Virus record (IMG/VR): IMGVR_UViG_3300025120_000177
Span: 1 to 38,930 of that record
From: a virus
Lineage: Duplodnaviria; Caudoviricetes
Strand: one strand, 5' to 3'
DNA length: 38,930 nucleotides
The position numbers and the translations under genes were made by a program. The notes under the pieces are model-generated. The model did no database searches. It was not told where the DNA came from and saw only the letters and a list, made by a program, of their open reading frames with translations. Each line of letters starts with the position of its first letter. Position 1 is the first letter of the stretch. Positions 1-9,641 of this stretch are shown one piece after another.

Positions 1-168
1 AGCTTGGAAGTCCGATAAAGACGTAATTTTGATTGGCTTCATTGCAGGGCCCTTTTTGGCACGGCCGATTAGAAGCAATCCGTCATTCTCAGGAACCGCA
101 GCAACAGCTGATTGGTCGATTTCTCTCAGTTCAATTCCTGGAGACAAAAAGTCAAACTTGGTAGGCAT
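1..168 (-). CDS. Tail sheath protein (T4 gp18-like), N-terminal fragment running off the window edge
   Basis: Not in the ORF track. Manual translation from ATG at 168: MPTKFDFLSPGIELREIDQSAVAAVPENDGLLLIGRAKKGPAMKPIKITSLSDFQA. The FLSPGIELREID and IGRAKKGP motifs are typical of contractile sheath N-termini. AGGAGA Shine-Dalgarno upstream; lies downstream of the neck/terminator genes. Confidence 0.9.
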   Translation of the reverse strand, partial: MPTKFDFLSPGIELREIDQSAVAAVPENDGLLLIGRAKKGPAMKPIKITSLSDFQA

Positions 169-203
169 TAAAAACTCTCCTTTTTAAAATTCATTTTTCC
201 TAG

Positions 204-211
204 TAAATAGT
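204..211 (-). promoter_or_regulatory. Putative late promoter motif ACTATTTA upstream of tail sheath
   Basis: Intergenic exact copy of the motif recurring upstream of structural genes. Confidence 0.7.
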
Positions 212-228
212 CTTCTGAAAGCCCAAAG

Positions 229-1044
229 TCATAAATCTCGGTATTTCTCACCGTTCTTATCCCAAGGCTTATCATCTCCGATGATAACGCGCTCTCTTGA
301 GATCTTGACTTCAACGATTGACTCTTGTCTTTTGACGAGCGGTTCGTTGATTTCGCCGTTGGTTTGATTGATGTATCCGAGGACTTTGATTTGCACTTTT
401 GAGTTAAACATTCTCTCGTCTTGACCAAGGTTTGCTTGGTTGCTATTGATGCCATAATCATCTTGGATGAAAGCTTCATACTGATAGCCGTTGTTTTCAA
501 CGAGAAAGTAATTTTTCATGCTATTCATAAACAACGGAAGAAGCTCGTTCATCTGTTGTTGATATTCTGTTCTTATGTTAACTTCAAACATGCAGTTCAG
601 ATAAGTGGGTTTTGGGATTGAAATTGTCTCATAGACAATCTTTTTTGTGGAAACGGGTCCTGTATCGTCACCCTTTTCCTGACGCTTCCTAGAAGCGTTT
701 TGAAAATTCTGTGTTTTGTCTTGTTGGATTACCTTTCGGATGGTTATTCTTTCGCCGTCTCCAATGTAAGCAGCTTGCACTGATCCTTTAAATGCGTCGT
801 CTCTCGACACACTTGCTCTTGAAATGGTGATCAACGGTAGACGAAGCTTTCCAACCTTATCTCTTAACTCTTTGTTGTTCTTGATTTGAAAAGTTCTTTC
901 AGTCCCCATCCATAGCACATTAACCTTTTCTCTACCGGCATTTGTCGTGGTGTGGGGATTTAAAGTTTCATCGACAAAGCGGTAAATAGCCGTGTCGATG
1001 TTTTCGAGAGTTGATGGGTGTGAAATTTCGTTGTTAGCCCGCAT
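229..1044 (-). CDS. Tail completion / sheath terminator protein (T4 gp15-like)
   Basis: 271 aa; LRLPLITISR and TEYQQQMNELL segments; position between neck proteins and sheath as in T4-like phages. Confidence 0.65.
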   Translation of the reverse strand: MRANNEISHPSTLENIDTAIYRFVDETLNPHTTTNAGREKVNVLWMGTERTFQIKNNKELRDKVGKLRLPLITISRASVSRDDAFKGSVQAAYIGDGERITIRKVIQQDKTQNFQNASRKRQEKGDDTGPVSTKKIVYETISIPKPTYLNCMFEVNIRTEYQQQMNELLPLFMNSMKNYFLVENNGYQYEAFIQDDYGINSNQANLGQDERMFNSKVQIKVLGYINQTNGEINEPLVKRQESIVEVKISRERVIIGDDKPWDKNGEKYRDL

Positions 1045-1519
1045 TGAATAGTCCGTCTCTTGCTCTTATGCACTCAGCGCCAACTTCAAATCTAGATTCA
1101 GGTTGTCCGAACAGGATTTTTGGCTCAATGAGCTTCACAATCTCGTAAAAGATCTCTCCGAATCTTACGAAGTCACCTTCTCTGACAAACAAGTTCTGAT
1201 CTTCTGTCAATCTTCTCTTATGAAAGTTTACTTTGATCTTCGTTGCCTTGTCGAGAGCGATGTTCTCCATGTCGGAGGTCTCAACCCCTTGATACTCAAC
1301 TAAAGCGAACACTCTGATTGGATGCAAGAAGTTTTTCTCGATTGCTTCTCCATAAATAGGGTGAAAATCTGTTGACTCCACATCTATTGGAAAGTAAAGT
1401 ACTTGCTGACCAACCACGCGCTCGATAATTTCGTCATTAATCTGCTTAACGAGGTCTTTTTCTTTCTCTCCAAAGAACATTGGAGAGGGTGGTTGAGTTG
1501 GTCTTTCCCATTCTGACAT
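1034..1519 (-). CDS. Neck / head completion protein (T4 gp14-like)
   Basis: 161 aa; GQQVLYFPI, IYGEAIEKNF, VREGDFVRFGEIFYEI motifs; synteny. Confidence 0.7.
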   Translation of the reverse strand: MSEWERPTQPPSPMFFGEKEKDLVKQINDEIIERVVGQQVLYFPIDVESTDFHPIYGEAIEKNFLHPIRVFALVEYQGVETSDMENIALDKATKIKVNFHKRRLTEDQNLFVREGDFVRFGEIFYEIVKLIEPKILFGQPESRFEVGAECIRARDGLFNAG

Positions 1520-1524
1520 TTATG

Positions 1525-2787
1525 TTACCCCACGAAGATCTTTAATGGCGTTTTCCCAACGATTGCATCAGAGTTCTCAACCATTGCCTTATCCGTCTCT
1601 GCTAACTTAGCATAGAGCATCTCATCAAGTTGCTTGTTAAGCTCTTCTCTAAGGTTTTGCTGCTCTGTTTGGGATTGAGATAGTAGATCTGATGCATTAA
1701 GTGTGACGTTATCACCGGGAATTGGGATTTGTCCGCCAAACTTACCTCGGATTTGTCCGAGAGTCTCTTTCGAAAGAGCCAAAGAGAATCGTCTAATCCA
1801 TTGCTTACCAATTGAGTTGATGTTTTCGTAGGGAAGGTTCTCCATCGGCATGGTGTTCATGTTATTAACACCTTCGAGGCCTGTGTCGTACTCTCCCTCG
1901 GTAAATGCTTGGTTTCCACCGTCAACAGAGAATTTAAACCAGAAGGTTTTACAAGTCACGCTGTCCGGCATTGGATAAAGTCTAAGCTTGTTGTCGATGA
2001 TCTCGTAAGAATAGTGAGATGTTCTTGTGTAAAGATGATCCTCATAAGCCATTGCTTGCAACTTGTTTTGCCAAGCAGGGATAACTTCAAAAGTAGAGCC
2101 ATCAGCATACTGTCCATAGTTGTGGAAGTTACCAACAACGTTTAGTCCACCATAGTAACCATAAAATCTCCACATTTGTCGAGGAGTCACATAGAACATT
2201 TGGCGAATCTTAATTCTATATTTCTTATCTTCGCTTCCCAATGCGTTAGCAAAAGGTAAAGATGCATCGGCTACGGCTAAATCTTCAACAACCTTTTGAA
2301 GATCGTAGTCTTGTTCCATAGGAGTTATGTCAAATGATGCAGAATAGATTGGAGTGGTTCCTCCAACAACTGATTCTGTTGAGAACTTGTCTGCGATTTT
2401 AAACGCGTAATCAAATTGAAACTTTGGATATTTTAATGCTACGTCTGTGCCTGAGGTTAGGGCTCCTTTCTCATCAAAAGACCCTGTTGGAGAGCCTAGG
2501 GCGCTCCCTAAGGCGTTTCTTGCTTGGTGTAGGTTAACGATGTAAGAGTATTCCAAACATGCTTCCTCATAGTGGTTATAGACGTTCTTAGCGGTTAATT
2601 CAATGTCTAAGACATCACCACCCAAACGCTTGTGTGTGTAAGCAACTTGCGAAGCAGCACCAGATAAAAAAGCATCGGTTGAATAAAAACCGATTGCTAG
2701 AGATGCAGCAACATCTGCTTCCGTGCCATCCTCTGGTAGGGTGATTGCGGACGTTGTTGATGTTGGTGTTAAAGTTGGGAATGCCAT
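1525..2787 (-). CDS. Neck / head-tail adaptor protein (T4 gp13-like)
   Basis: 420 aa; RLGGDVLDIEL at the N-terminus, WIRRFSLALSKETLGQIRGKFGGQIPIPGDNVTLNASDL near the C-terminus, typical of gp13-like proteins; GGAGGA RBS. Confidence 0.8.
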   Translation of the reverse strand: MAFPTLTPTSTTSAITLPEDGTEADVAASLAIGFYSTDAFLSGAASQVAYTHKRLGGDVLDIELTAKNVYNHYEEACLEYSYIVNLHQARNALGSALGSPTGSFDEKGALTSGTDVALKYPKFQFDYAFKIADKFSTESVVGGTTPIYSASFDITPMEQDYDLQKVVEDLAVADASLPFANALGSEDKKYRIKIRQMFYVTPRQMWRFYGYYGGLNVVGNFHNYGQYADGSTFEVIPAWQNKLQAMAYEDHLYTRTSHYSYEIIDNKLRLYPMPDSVTCKTFWFKFSVDGGNQAFTEGEYDTGLEGVNNMNTMPMENLPYENINSIGKQWIRRFSLALSKETLGQIRGKFGGQIPIPGDNVTLNASDLLSQSQTEQQNLREELNKQLDEMLYAKLAETDKAMVENSDAIVGKTPLKIFVG

Positions 2788-2806
2788 AGTAAATCCTCCG
2801 TCTTAC

Positions 2807-2814
2807 TAAATAGT
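2807..2814 (-). promoter_or_regulatory. Putative late promoter motif ACTATTTA
   Basis: Intergenic exact copy about 20 nt upstream of the neck gene start, just downstream of a terminator. Confidence 0.7.
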
Positions 2815-2820
2815 CAACAT

Positions 2821-2856
2821 AAAAGGAAACCCCCGAGCTTCAATCGCCCGGAGGTA
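2821..2856 (-). terminator. Rho-independent terminator
   Basis: Minus strand ACCTCCGGGC-loop-GCTCGGGGGT (with G-U pairs) followed by TTCCTTTT. Confidence 0.6.
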
Positions 2857-2876
2857 AGGAGGTTAATGAAACAAAC

Positions 2877-3203
2877 TTAATCTTTTTTCTTGGAGGATTT
2901 GCGAGTTGTTTTCTTTCGAGTTGTTTTACGAGCCGTCTTCTTTTCCTTTACTTCTTCTACTGCTTCTTTTGCTTCTTCAATAATATCTTCAGCAGTAGCT
3001 TTTGCTTCTTCGATTGCTTTCTCGACTTTCTCAGCAATCTCAACAACTTCTTCTTTTACTTCTTCAGCAGCTTCGGCAACTTTTCCAACAGCTTCTTCAG
3101 CTGCTTCAGAGATTGCTTCTGATGCTTTGAGGGCAGCTTGCTTCGCAGCAAGTGCTCGCTCTCTAATCATTCTTCTTTTCATTTTACGTCTATTACTAGC
3201 CAT
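2877..3203 (-). CDS. Small charge-segregated protein (basic N-terminus, E/A-rich helix, H1-like basic tail)
   Basis: 108 aa; RRKMKRRMIRER, EAAEE/EEAKE repeats, KKTARKTTRKKTTRKSSKKKD; AGGAGA RBS. Confidence 0.75.
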   Translation of the reverse strand: MASNRRKMKRRMIRERALAAKQAALKASEAISEAAEEAVGKVAEAAEEVKEEVVEIAEKVEKAIEEAKATAEDIIEEAKEAVEEVKEKKTARKTTRKKTTRKSSKKKD

Positions 3204-3222
3204 GTTATTCTCCTAATTTTTT

Positions 3223-3627
3223 CTAACTTTGTGACCACTCAACACCGTGAGTCATTGCTTGAACATACCATTTGGTCCCATCACAAATCAAATCGATGTA
3301 AGATCCACCTGTCGCACCTGCTGGTAGGGTTAATGTAGTTTCGTTAGTGTCTCCGAGAGACAACACCCCCACATTACCATCATCATAAATTGCAACCCCT
3401 TCCATTGCTGGTAAGACAATGTTCAAAGCATATGAACAAGCTTCTTCCAAGATAATTTTCATGTAAGATCCTTGATCTTTATAATTCACTGTAAGAGTGA
3501 CATCTTCAGAGTTTGCTGTCACAAACAAGCAATAGCCCGAAAGTTTGCTGCTAATGTTAGCGCTAGATGAATAAGAATTTGTTAGCCATCGAGCAGCATT
3601 GAATGGTGTTCTTGCAATTTTAGCCAT
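3223..3627 (-). CDS. Small virion protein, probable capsid decoration domain; paralogue of the N-terminus of 3672..7604
   Basis: 134 aa beta-rich; ends GSYIDLICDGTKWYV; close to the major capsid gene with its own late motif. Confidence 0.55.
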   Translation of the reverse strand: MAKIARTPFNAARWLTNSYSSSANISSKLSGYCLFVTANSEDVTLTVNYKDQGSYMKIILEEACSYALNIVLPAMEGVAIYDDGNVGVLSLGDTNETTLTLPAGATGGSYIDLICDGTKWYVQAMTHGVEWSQS

Positions 3628-3647
3628 TTTGTTGATTCCTTTTGTTA

Positions 3648-3655
3648 TAAATAGT
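3648..3655 (-). promoter_or_regulatory. Putative late promoter motif ACTATTTA
   Basis: Intergenic exact copy about 20 nt upstream of ATG at 3627. Confidence 0.7.
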
Positions 3656-3671
3656 TCATTAAATTGTTTAT

Positions 3672-6600
3672 TTACTGCGGACCTGCATTGTAAATTTGTA
3701 GTAGTAGCGATTCGCTTTTGAGAGTTTGTTCAATTCTTACGCCTTGAATTTGTCCATCGATTGTTCGGTTGCCGGAAGAAGATCCGCTGGTTTTCAAAAC
3801 ACCTATGTGGATCGGCAGGCTCGTATGTGAATTTCCTATAGTTGCATTGTTCATTGACCCAATCTCAACTCCATTAAAATAAGCTCTAGCTGTATTTGTC
3901 GAAGAGTCTCTAGTCATTGCGACAAAGTGCCAAGCATTAAGGGAGATCCCATTGGTAACTTCAAAATCATCATTGATGTTATTACCAGCATTGCCAAAAG
4001 CATTATTACATGCGATTCGGATGCCCCCATCTGCGTCATTAGCTGCGCCTGTCACCACCTGGATGGAGAAACCACTACTCCAGTTTCCTGGTTGTAAATT
4101 ACCTATGATGCCTGCTTGTTGCGTGGGAAGAGCATCTAGATAGACCCAAGCAGAATAAGTCATGTCACCAGTTGCATCATAATTAGAAGATCCCGGGATG
4201 GATCCATAATCAGAAACATTCCCAGGTAGATCTAAAACTCCGTTAGACATAGTCGCACTGCCATGTGCAGTTATTGTTTCAGAAACCAAAAGCGAATCAG
4301 ATTGAATTAAATTACTGCTTGCAGCGACGACGACCTCTAAGGTCTTTTGTGTGGCTGTGTTTCCAGCTGCATCCGTTGAGTCAAACGTCAAATTATAGGT
4401 TCCAGCAGTGTTGAGATCTAAAGTATGGCCGCCTTGAGTGACGGAAGATCCATCGTCTGTTGTCGCAGAGAAGTTAAATGTGTCACCCTCGGTAAGGTTT
4501 ACTACATGTGGCGTTCCGGTGATGTCTGCTAGGGTATCGGTGTTGGTCACTGTTATTATTGGTGCTATTGAATCAATAGCTGCAAGTGCTCCATCAATAG
4601 TTCTCTGTCTTCCCGAGTCACTAGCGATCCACAAAATCTGGTCATCAGTTAATGCAATTCCATCTCCAAATTGTATAGAATCAAATTCACCTTCAACAGA
4701 GGCTACGTTCGAGCCGAATCCTTGCGTTCCTCCAAATTTAAAAGTCGCATTGTTTTTAGGTGGCATATGTTTTGTTCCCAGTGTGGCCGTTCGGTGACCA
4801 GCTAGACCCACTTCTGCACCATTTACAAAGACGGCATTTACCATATGCGTTGACGACTGTTTGAATCTTATTACGAAATGTGTCCAATTTGTAAAGTCTC
4901 CAACACCAGCCTTGAAATGTTGAAACGGTCCAGTATCGTTGTTGTGCCAACCAAATTTAATGTTTGCATTTGTTTTGGCACCACCCGTCACGAGATAGAG
5001 TCGCCTACCACTGTTTGTTCCTATGAAATACTGATTGGCGTTAATATTATCAAGTTTTGCCCAAAATGAAATTGTAAATTCGTCATTTACTGTTTCTCCT
5101 GTTGCATTATCGTAAGCTATGAGACCATCTGTATCTAAGTTTAGCGCCAACCCTCCGCCGCCCTGGGAGTTGGTGTCTATAAGTACTCCATTGCTTATAC
5201 TAAGATTCGCTGTGTTGGTCACTCTCGTGATGATTGCCGGAATATCCTCAACAAAGGCGGGGGTCTGAATTTCAACTGAGAAATCGAAAGTTGAAGTTCT
5301 TCCACCAGAATCAGTCACGCTCAATTCAACCGTATAATTTCCAGCGGTATTGGTGTCTACATCGTTTGTTACTTCTGTGATTAAAGAAGATATGTCATTC
5401 TGTAAATAGTCCTCCGCTGATGCAGTAAATGCAAAACCACTTCCGATGATTGCCACTACATCATCACTTGCATTAATAAGTGACTGATCACTATCCCTAC
5501 GAACAGTAATTGTCGGGTTGACAACCGGTGCTGTAGTTATGGATTTGTTTTCCACGCTTGATGAATTTGATTCTTCCCCAGCACTATTGACGGTAATTGC
5601 GGTGATTGCAAAGGTTCCACTGCCCAAGTTCGTTGTTGTATATTCGAATTCTCCGCTTAAAACTGAGACGGGCTGTCCATCATCGTTCCCGTCGACTTTA
5701 ACTTGAACATGTAGATTGTCCGAATAGGCGCCATTAACTTCACCTTGAATCCTTAGTGTTCCATTTCCATTGTCCGTAACGCTTGTTATAACCGGAACAA
5801 TCACTTCTGTTGTAACAGTTACATCTCTAGTAACTGGAGTCGCTGAGTTCCCAGCAACGTCATCGGCGTTGTAAGTTACAGTGTAAGTGCCCTCAGTTGT
5901 TGTGCTAACCTGAGTGTCCCAGTTTGAAGTCGACGTTGCGACTCCAGATGAGGAGTCAGAAGCAGAGAAACCTGAATCTAGATTTGATCCAACGTTTGGC
6001 AAACCAACTGTCTGTGTTCCACCTGTTAGTGTGATTTCAGGAGCAACGCGGTCAATAAGAAGTCCGAATGGATCTGAAGTGTTGGGTAAATGATTAGATA
6101 GTGAGGCGACTGCGGTAAGGTTGGAGGTAGATTCGTTGGCAACGGTCATAGTTGCTGTCCAATCTGTCCCAACAACAGAGGGGCCGCCGGCAAGTGTGGC
6201 GGCGCCGCTACCGTTCTTGATTGAGATTGTAGATCCCGCGTCAGTTGTTCCTCTAAGCGTGAATGTTCCAGCAGTGTTTGACCAAGTTGACTTGGCTTCT
6301 CCATCAATTGTCAAAGTAGGTTTTTGAACTTGTGGTTGGACATAGTTGAAAGCAGGAGAGTATTCTCCGAAAGTACTTCGGTTTGGATTATCAACGCCAT
6401 CTTCGGTGGCTTGAGCTTTTAAGGTGAAGTTGCTATTGAAACTTAATGCGACTGGACCGAATGACCAGTTGCCACCACCGTCTGATGTGACGGTTGGAGA
6501 CAATGCAAGACTGTCTTGAAATAATGTAATTGTTTTTCCGGGTTCCGATGTTCCATTAGCAGATAATTCATTGATGTTTGCGATAGAGGCTGCTAAAAAT

Positions 6601-7604
6601 ACTGGTGCTGTTGGAGGAGTGTCGTCGACGATCTCTCCCGCAACTGTTTGAGACACAGTAACTCCGCCGTTAACAGCAGCATCTGTGATCGAGTAAATAA
6701 TGTTGAAGGTGGCTCCGTGAGCCAAGCCTGAGTTCCATGCTGTGCTATCGACAGTTACGGTCAATGGTGTTCCATCGGGCTTAGCAGCACTGGCTCCTGC
6801 TGAGAAGTCAACAACTTCTGCAGGATCTGGAGAAAATGCTGATGGGACAGTGAAAGTTATTGGACCAGTGTCTCCGATGAATGACTTATTTTGAACGCCA
6901 TTTCCAGCTGATGGGCTAAAATCGAACGTGTAAGTCGCATTTGGAAGATCGGTGGCTCTTGTTATAGTCCAGACACCTGTTGATGGAATCTTTATGGTGA
7001 TTGGATTAATTGCTCCTCCGTCCTCAGCGATTGTTAAGGTTGCACCAGGTTCACCTTCGCCTGAAAAAGTCAAGTCATGTCTAGCTTCTAGACCGCTACC
7101 TACGAATCTGACATCCGATGTGATTGCAACGTTGGTGATATCGGCTGGTGTAGGCAAGACTATTGTTGGTGTAAAAGTAGAATTAATCCCACCTGTCCTA
7201 ATAGATAAGGTTCCACCAGTGGCTACCGACCACACAAACCATTCAGAGCCGTTCGACAGTGTTTGGATAAAGCTTCCGTCTTTGACGTCATTTTCCAATG
7301 TGATTTGGTCCGTAGTGCTTCGAATAGGATCAATTGAGATTGAGCCACCCGAAGTGTTAAGCATTAAACCTTTGAAGGATGCTCCATTGGATGTCTTGAG
7401 AGTGATAGCGCCGGTCATTGTAGAAGTGTTGATTATGTTGAAAGTGAATGTGTCAGATATGCTTGGAAGTTGAACAAATAAGTCGTTAGATCCGATCGGA
7501 ATTACAGTCTCTCCGTGATTTTGATTTGGAACTAATGCTCTATCGAAACTGAGTTTGCTAACCAACTTTCTATATGACTTATATACTGCTTTTGTGGACT
7601 TCAT
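3672..7604 (-). CDS. Large virion surface protein: N-terminal decoration-like domain, multiple Ig-like domains, two LamG/ConA-like domains
   Basis: 1310 aa; Ig-like repeats (SGEGEPGATLTI, NGTSEPGKTITL, PEITLTG...YTVTYNADDVAGN, YNLTFDSTDAAGN); LamG motifs FTISFWAK/WTHFVI/VFVNG and MTYSAWVY/WHFVAMT/YFNG; directly after the major capsid gene. Confidence 0.75.
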   Translation of the reverse strand: MKSTKAVYKSYRKLVSKLSFDRALVPNQNHGETVIPIGSNDLFVQLPSISDTFTFNIINTSTMTGAITLKTSNGASFKGLMLNTSGGSISIDPIRSTTDQITLENDVKDGSFIQTLSNGSEWFVWSVATGGTLSIRTGGINSTFTPTIVLPTPADITNVAITSDVRFVGSGLEARHDLTFSGEGEPGATLTIAEDGGAINPITIKIPSTGVWTITRATDLPNATYTFDFSPSAGNGVQNKSFIGDTGPITFTVPSAFSPDPAEVVDFSAGASAAKPDGTPLTVTVDSTAWNSGLAHGATFNIIYSITDAAVNGGVTVSQTVAGEIVDDTPPTAPVFLAASIANINELSANGTSEPGKTITLFQDSLALSPTVTSDGGGNWSFGPVALSFNSNFTLKAQATEDGVDNPNRSTFGEYSPAFNYVQPQVQKPTLTIDGEAKSTWSNTAGTFTLRGTTDAGSTISIKNGSGAATLAGGPSVVGTDWTATMTVANESTSNLTAVASLSNHLPNTSDPFGLLIDRVAPEITLTGGTQTVGLPNVGSNLDSGFSASDSSSGVATSTSNWDTQVSTTTEGTYTVTYNADDVAGNSATPVTRDVTVTTEVIVPVITSVTDNGNGTLRIQGEVNGAYSDNLHVQVKVDGNDDGQPVSVLSGEFEYTTTNLGSGTFAITAITVNSAGEESNSSSVENKSITTAPVVNPTITVRRDSDQSLINASDDVVAIIGSGFAFTASAEDYLQNDISSLITEVTNDVDTNTAGNYTVELSVTDSGGRTSTFDFSVEIQTPAFVEDIPAIITRVTNTANLSISNGVLIDTNSQGGGGLALNLDTDGLIAYDNATGETVNDEFTISFWAKLDNINANQYFIGTNSGRRLYLVTGGAKTNANIKFGWHNNDTGPFQHFKAGVGDFTNWTHFVIRFKQSSTHMVNAVFVNGAEVGLAGHRTATLGTKHMPPKNNATFKFGGTQGFGSNVASVEGEFDSIQFGDGIALTDDQILWIASDSGRQRTIDGALAAIDSIAPIITVTNTDTLADITGTPHVVNLTEGDTFNFSATTDDGSSVTQGGHTLDLNTAGTYNLTFDSTDAAGNTATQKTLEVVVAASSNLIQSDSLLVSETITAHGSATMSNGVLDLPGNVSDYGSIPGSSNYDATGDMTYSAWVYLDALPTQQAGIIGNLQPGNWSSGFSIQVVTGAANDADGGIRIACNNAFGNAGNNINDDFEVTNGISLNAWHFVAMTRDSSTNTARAYFNGVEIGSMNNATIGNSHTSLPIHIGVLKTSGSSSGNRTIDGQIQGVRIEQTLKSESLLLQIYNAGPQ

Positions 7605-7639
7605 TGAAACACTCCCTTCTTTGAATTCTTTATTCTTCT

Positions 7640-7647
7640 TAAATAGT
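7640..7647 (-). promoter_or_regulatory. Putative late promoter motif ACTATTTA
   Basis: Intergenic exact copy between the capsid terminator and ATG at 7604. Confidence 0.7.
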
Positions 7648-7667
7648 TCACTGAAAGGTCAATAAAC

Positions 7668-7698
7668 AAAAAACCCCGCTTTGAAATAAGCGGGGTTT
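7668..7698 (-). terminator. Rho-independent terminator of the major capsid gene
   Basis: Perfect stem AAACCCCGCTT / AAGCGGGGTTT with 6-nt loop and T-run on the minus strand. Confidence 0.85.
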
Positions 7699-7721
7699 AA
7701 TCGGATAGATGTTAGCTAAGA

Positions 7722-9623
7722 TTATTGAGCAACATCATCACCCAAGAGACCACGAACGATAACCAATCCGTACATGTCCGGACGAACCATTTTCTTACCG
7801 TAACGAGTCATTACACCCTTACGAGGAACAAAGTCATCTGGTCCAAAGATGGTCGGTGTAGTTTGTAGTGGCACGTAAGGTGCATAAACATAACCAGACT
7901 CTAAGAAAGAAGAACCTTTACGTCCAACCAAGATGGCGTTACGTGGGAAGTAAGGATCAACGATAACGTCGAACTTACGGTTCAAAGAACCAACCTTAAC
8001 AGCACCGATGTCGCCTTTGTCTGCATCAGCAGTTACGTTTGCACGGAAACCAGCTGTGAATTCCAAAACGTTTGCAACTTCAGGAGAAAGAACTACGAAG
8101 TTAGCACCACCACGCAAAGTCTTACGATGGATTTGTGCAGAAACGTCGTTGATAGTTTCGATCAAAGTTTCATACCATTCTGAAACAGTACCAGTGAAGT
8201 CAGGAGCAACTGAAGAGTTATCCAATGCAACACCAGTGGTGCGGTTTACGAACAAACCAGGTGAACGAGACCAGTAGAAAGTTCCAGCAGTAGCGCCTTT
8301 GATAAGGTCTTGCAAGATTTCACGATCGATTTCAAGAGCGATTTGCTCAGAAAGAATAGAAGTCAATTCTACTTCAGCATCCAAGTTGTGGTAAGCGTTC
8401 AAGTCTTGTCCAAGTTCTGGAGTCCACTTTGCTTTCAACTTTTTGGTTACTGCGGTGATCGCGATAGAGTCAACTTTGATGTCGATCTCTGGGATCTCAG
8501 CATTCCCTTCAAGTCCCCAGCTAGCCGCACCAGCAATAGATCCGATTCCACCAGTAGGACTAGCGTCAATGGTATCTGCAGAAGGATAAGAAGAATGAAC
8601 TTGAGTTCCTTCCCATTCACTTGCAGCGGCACCGGTTGTGATATCACCAGCAATCATAAGACTAGCAGCACTGATAGCACCGTTAGCTTTGTTTGCATGA
8701 GAGCCTTGTAGTGAAGCTGGAACGACGTAGTAAAGGGTAATTGTGTCAGTTGCCAAGTCATAAGAAGTTAAACGACGAAGTTGCTTGAAAATGTGAGCAC
8801 CAGTCAAAGTCCCAGCAGCAGAATCCCAGTTGTCTTTAGTTCCTGTAGTATCTGTGAATTCATGAATCGGAGCGTGAATTTGAGACAATTGTTCCATGTT
8901 CATTGCAAAACCTGTTTGTTCCATGTTGGTTTTAGTAATAGTCAAACTTAAGATTTTACCAACAGCAACAGTTGGGTCACCAGCATGTTCAGACAAAAGA
9001 TCTGCGTCAAAGTCCAATTCTTGAAACAAAGCTTCATTTATTGAAGCGGCTCTGTTGTCCAAAACTGCAGCTGAAGCGTCAGCATCAAGAACAACTGTCA
9101 CAGCGTTGGTGATTGAACCAGTTGGAGAAGAATAAGCAGCTCCAAGACCATATGGTTGTTGATCCATAGTGTTAGAGTTCAAGTTAACCCCACCAGTGAT
9201 CTCAGCACCCACAACGCCTTGTCCGTAGATAGAGCGATCTTTTTCAGCACCAAGACGACCATTTGAATCTGCATCACCGATGTTTGAACCGAATGTGAAA
9301 TCCATGAAGAAGATCAGACCAGATGGCAAAGACATCGGCTGAACACTTACAAGATCGTTAGCAATCAATCCAGCGAATACACGACGGACGATTGGGAATG
9401 CAACAGCAGCGAAACCTTCAACGTCTCCACCTGCCATTGTGTTAGACTCACGAAGAAGTTCGCGAGCTTGATTTTCTAAAAGACGAGCCATGCCAGCCTT
9501 TTGTTCGTCGTTAGACAAGCCTTCCAAAAGACCAGTCGCAGACCATTTATTCAAAAGAGAAGCACCTTCTTGTTGCATATTGCGGTGTACCATCCCTTCT
9601 GTAAGAGTTTCGATAATAGACAT
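7722..9623 (-). CDS. Major capsid protein (T4 gp23-like)
   Basis: 633 aa; PIVRRVF, LVSVQPMSLPSGLIFFMDF, KKLKAKWTPELGQDLNAYHNLDAEVEL, YAPYVPL, GVMTRYG are gp23-family hallmarks. Confidence 0.97.
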   Translation of the reverse strand: MSIIETLTEGMVHRNMQQEGASLLNKWSATGLLEGLSNDEQKAGMARLLENQARELLRESNTMAGGDVEGFAAVAFPIVRRVFAGLIANDLVSVQPMSLPSGLIFFMDFTFGSNIGDADSNGRLGAEKDRSIYGQGVVGAEITGGVNLNSNTMDQQPYGLGAAYSSPTGSITNAVTVVLDADASAAVLDNRAASINEALFQELDFDADLLSEHAGDPTVAVGKILSLTITKTNMEQTGFAMNMEQLSQIHAPIHEFTDTTGTKDNWDSAAGTLTGAHIFKQLRRLTSYDLATDTITLYYVVPASLQGSHANKANGAISAASLMIAGDITTGAAASEWEGTQVHSSYPSADTIDASPTGGIGSIAGAASWGLEGNAEIPEIDIKVDSIAITAVTKKLKAKWTPELGQDLNAYHNLDAEVELTSILSEQIALEIDREILQDLIKGATAGTFYWSRSPGLFVNRTTGVALDNSSVAPDFTGTVSEWYETLIETINDVSAQIHRKTLRGGANFVVLSPEVANVLEFTAGFRANVTADADKGDIGAVKVGSLNRKFDVIVDPYFPRNAILVGRKGSSFLESGYVYAPYVPLQTTPTIFGPDDFVPRKGVMTRYGKKMVRPDMYGLVIVRGLLGDDVAQ

Positions 9624-9641
9624 TTTTAAAATCTCCTTAAA

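Noticed and set aside
168-500. 110-aa minus-strand ORF
   Set aside because: Alternate frame overlapping the gp15-like gene and crossing the promoter/RBS of the sheath gene; no recognisable motif.
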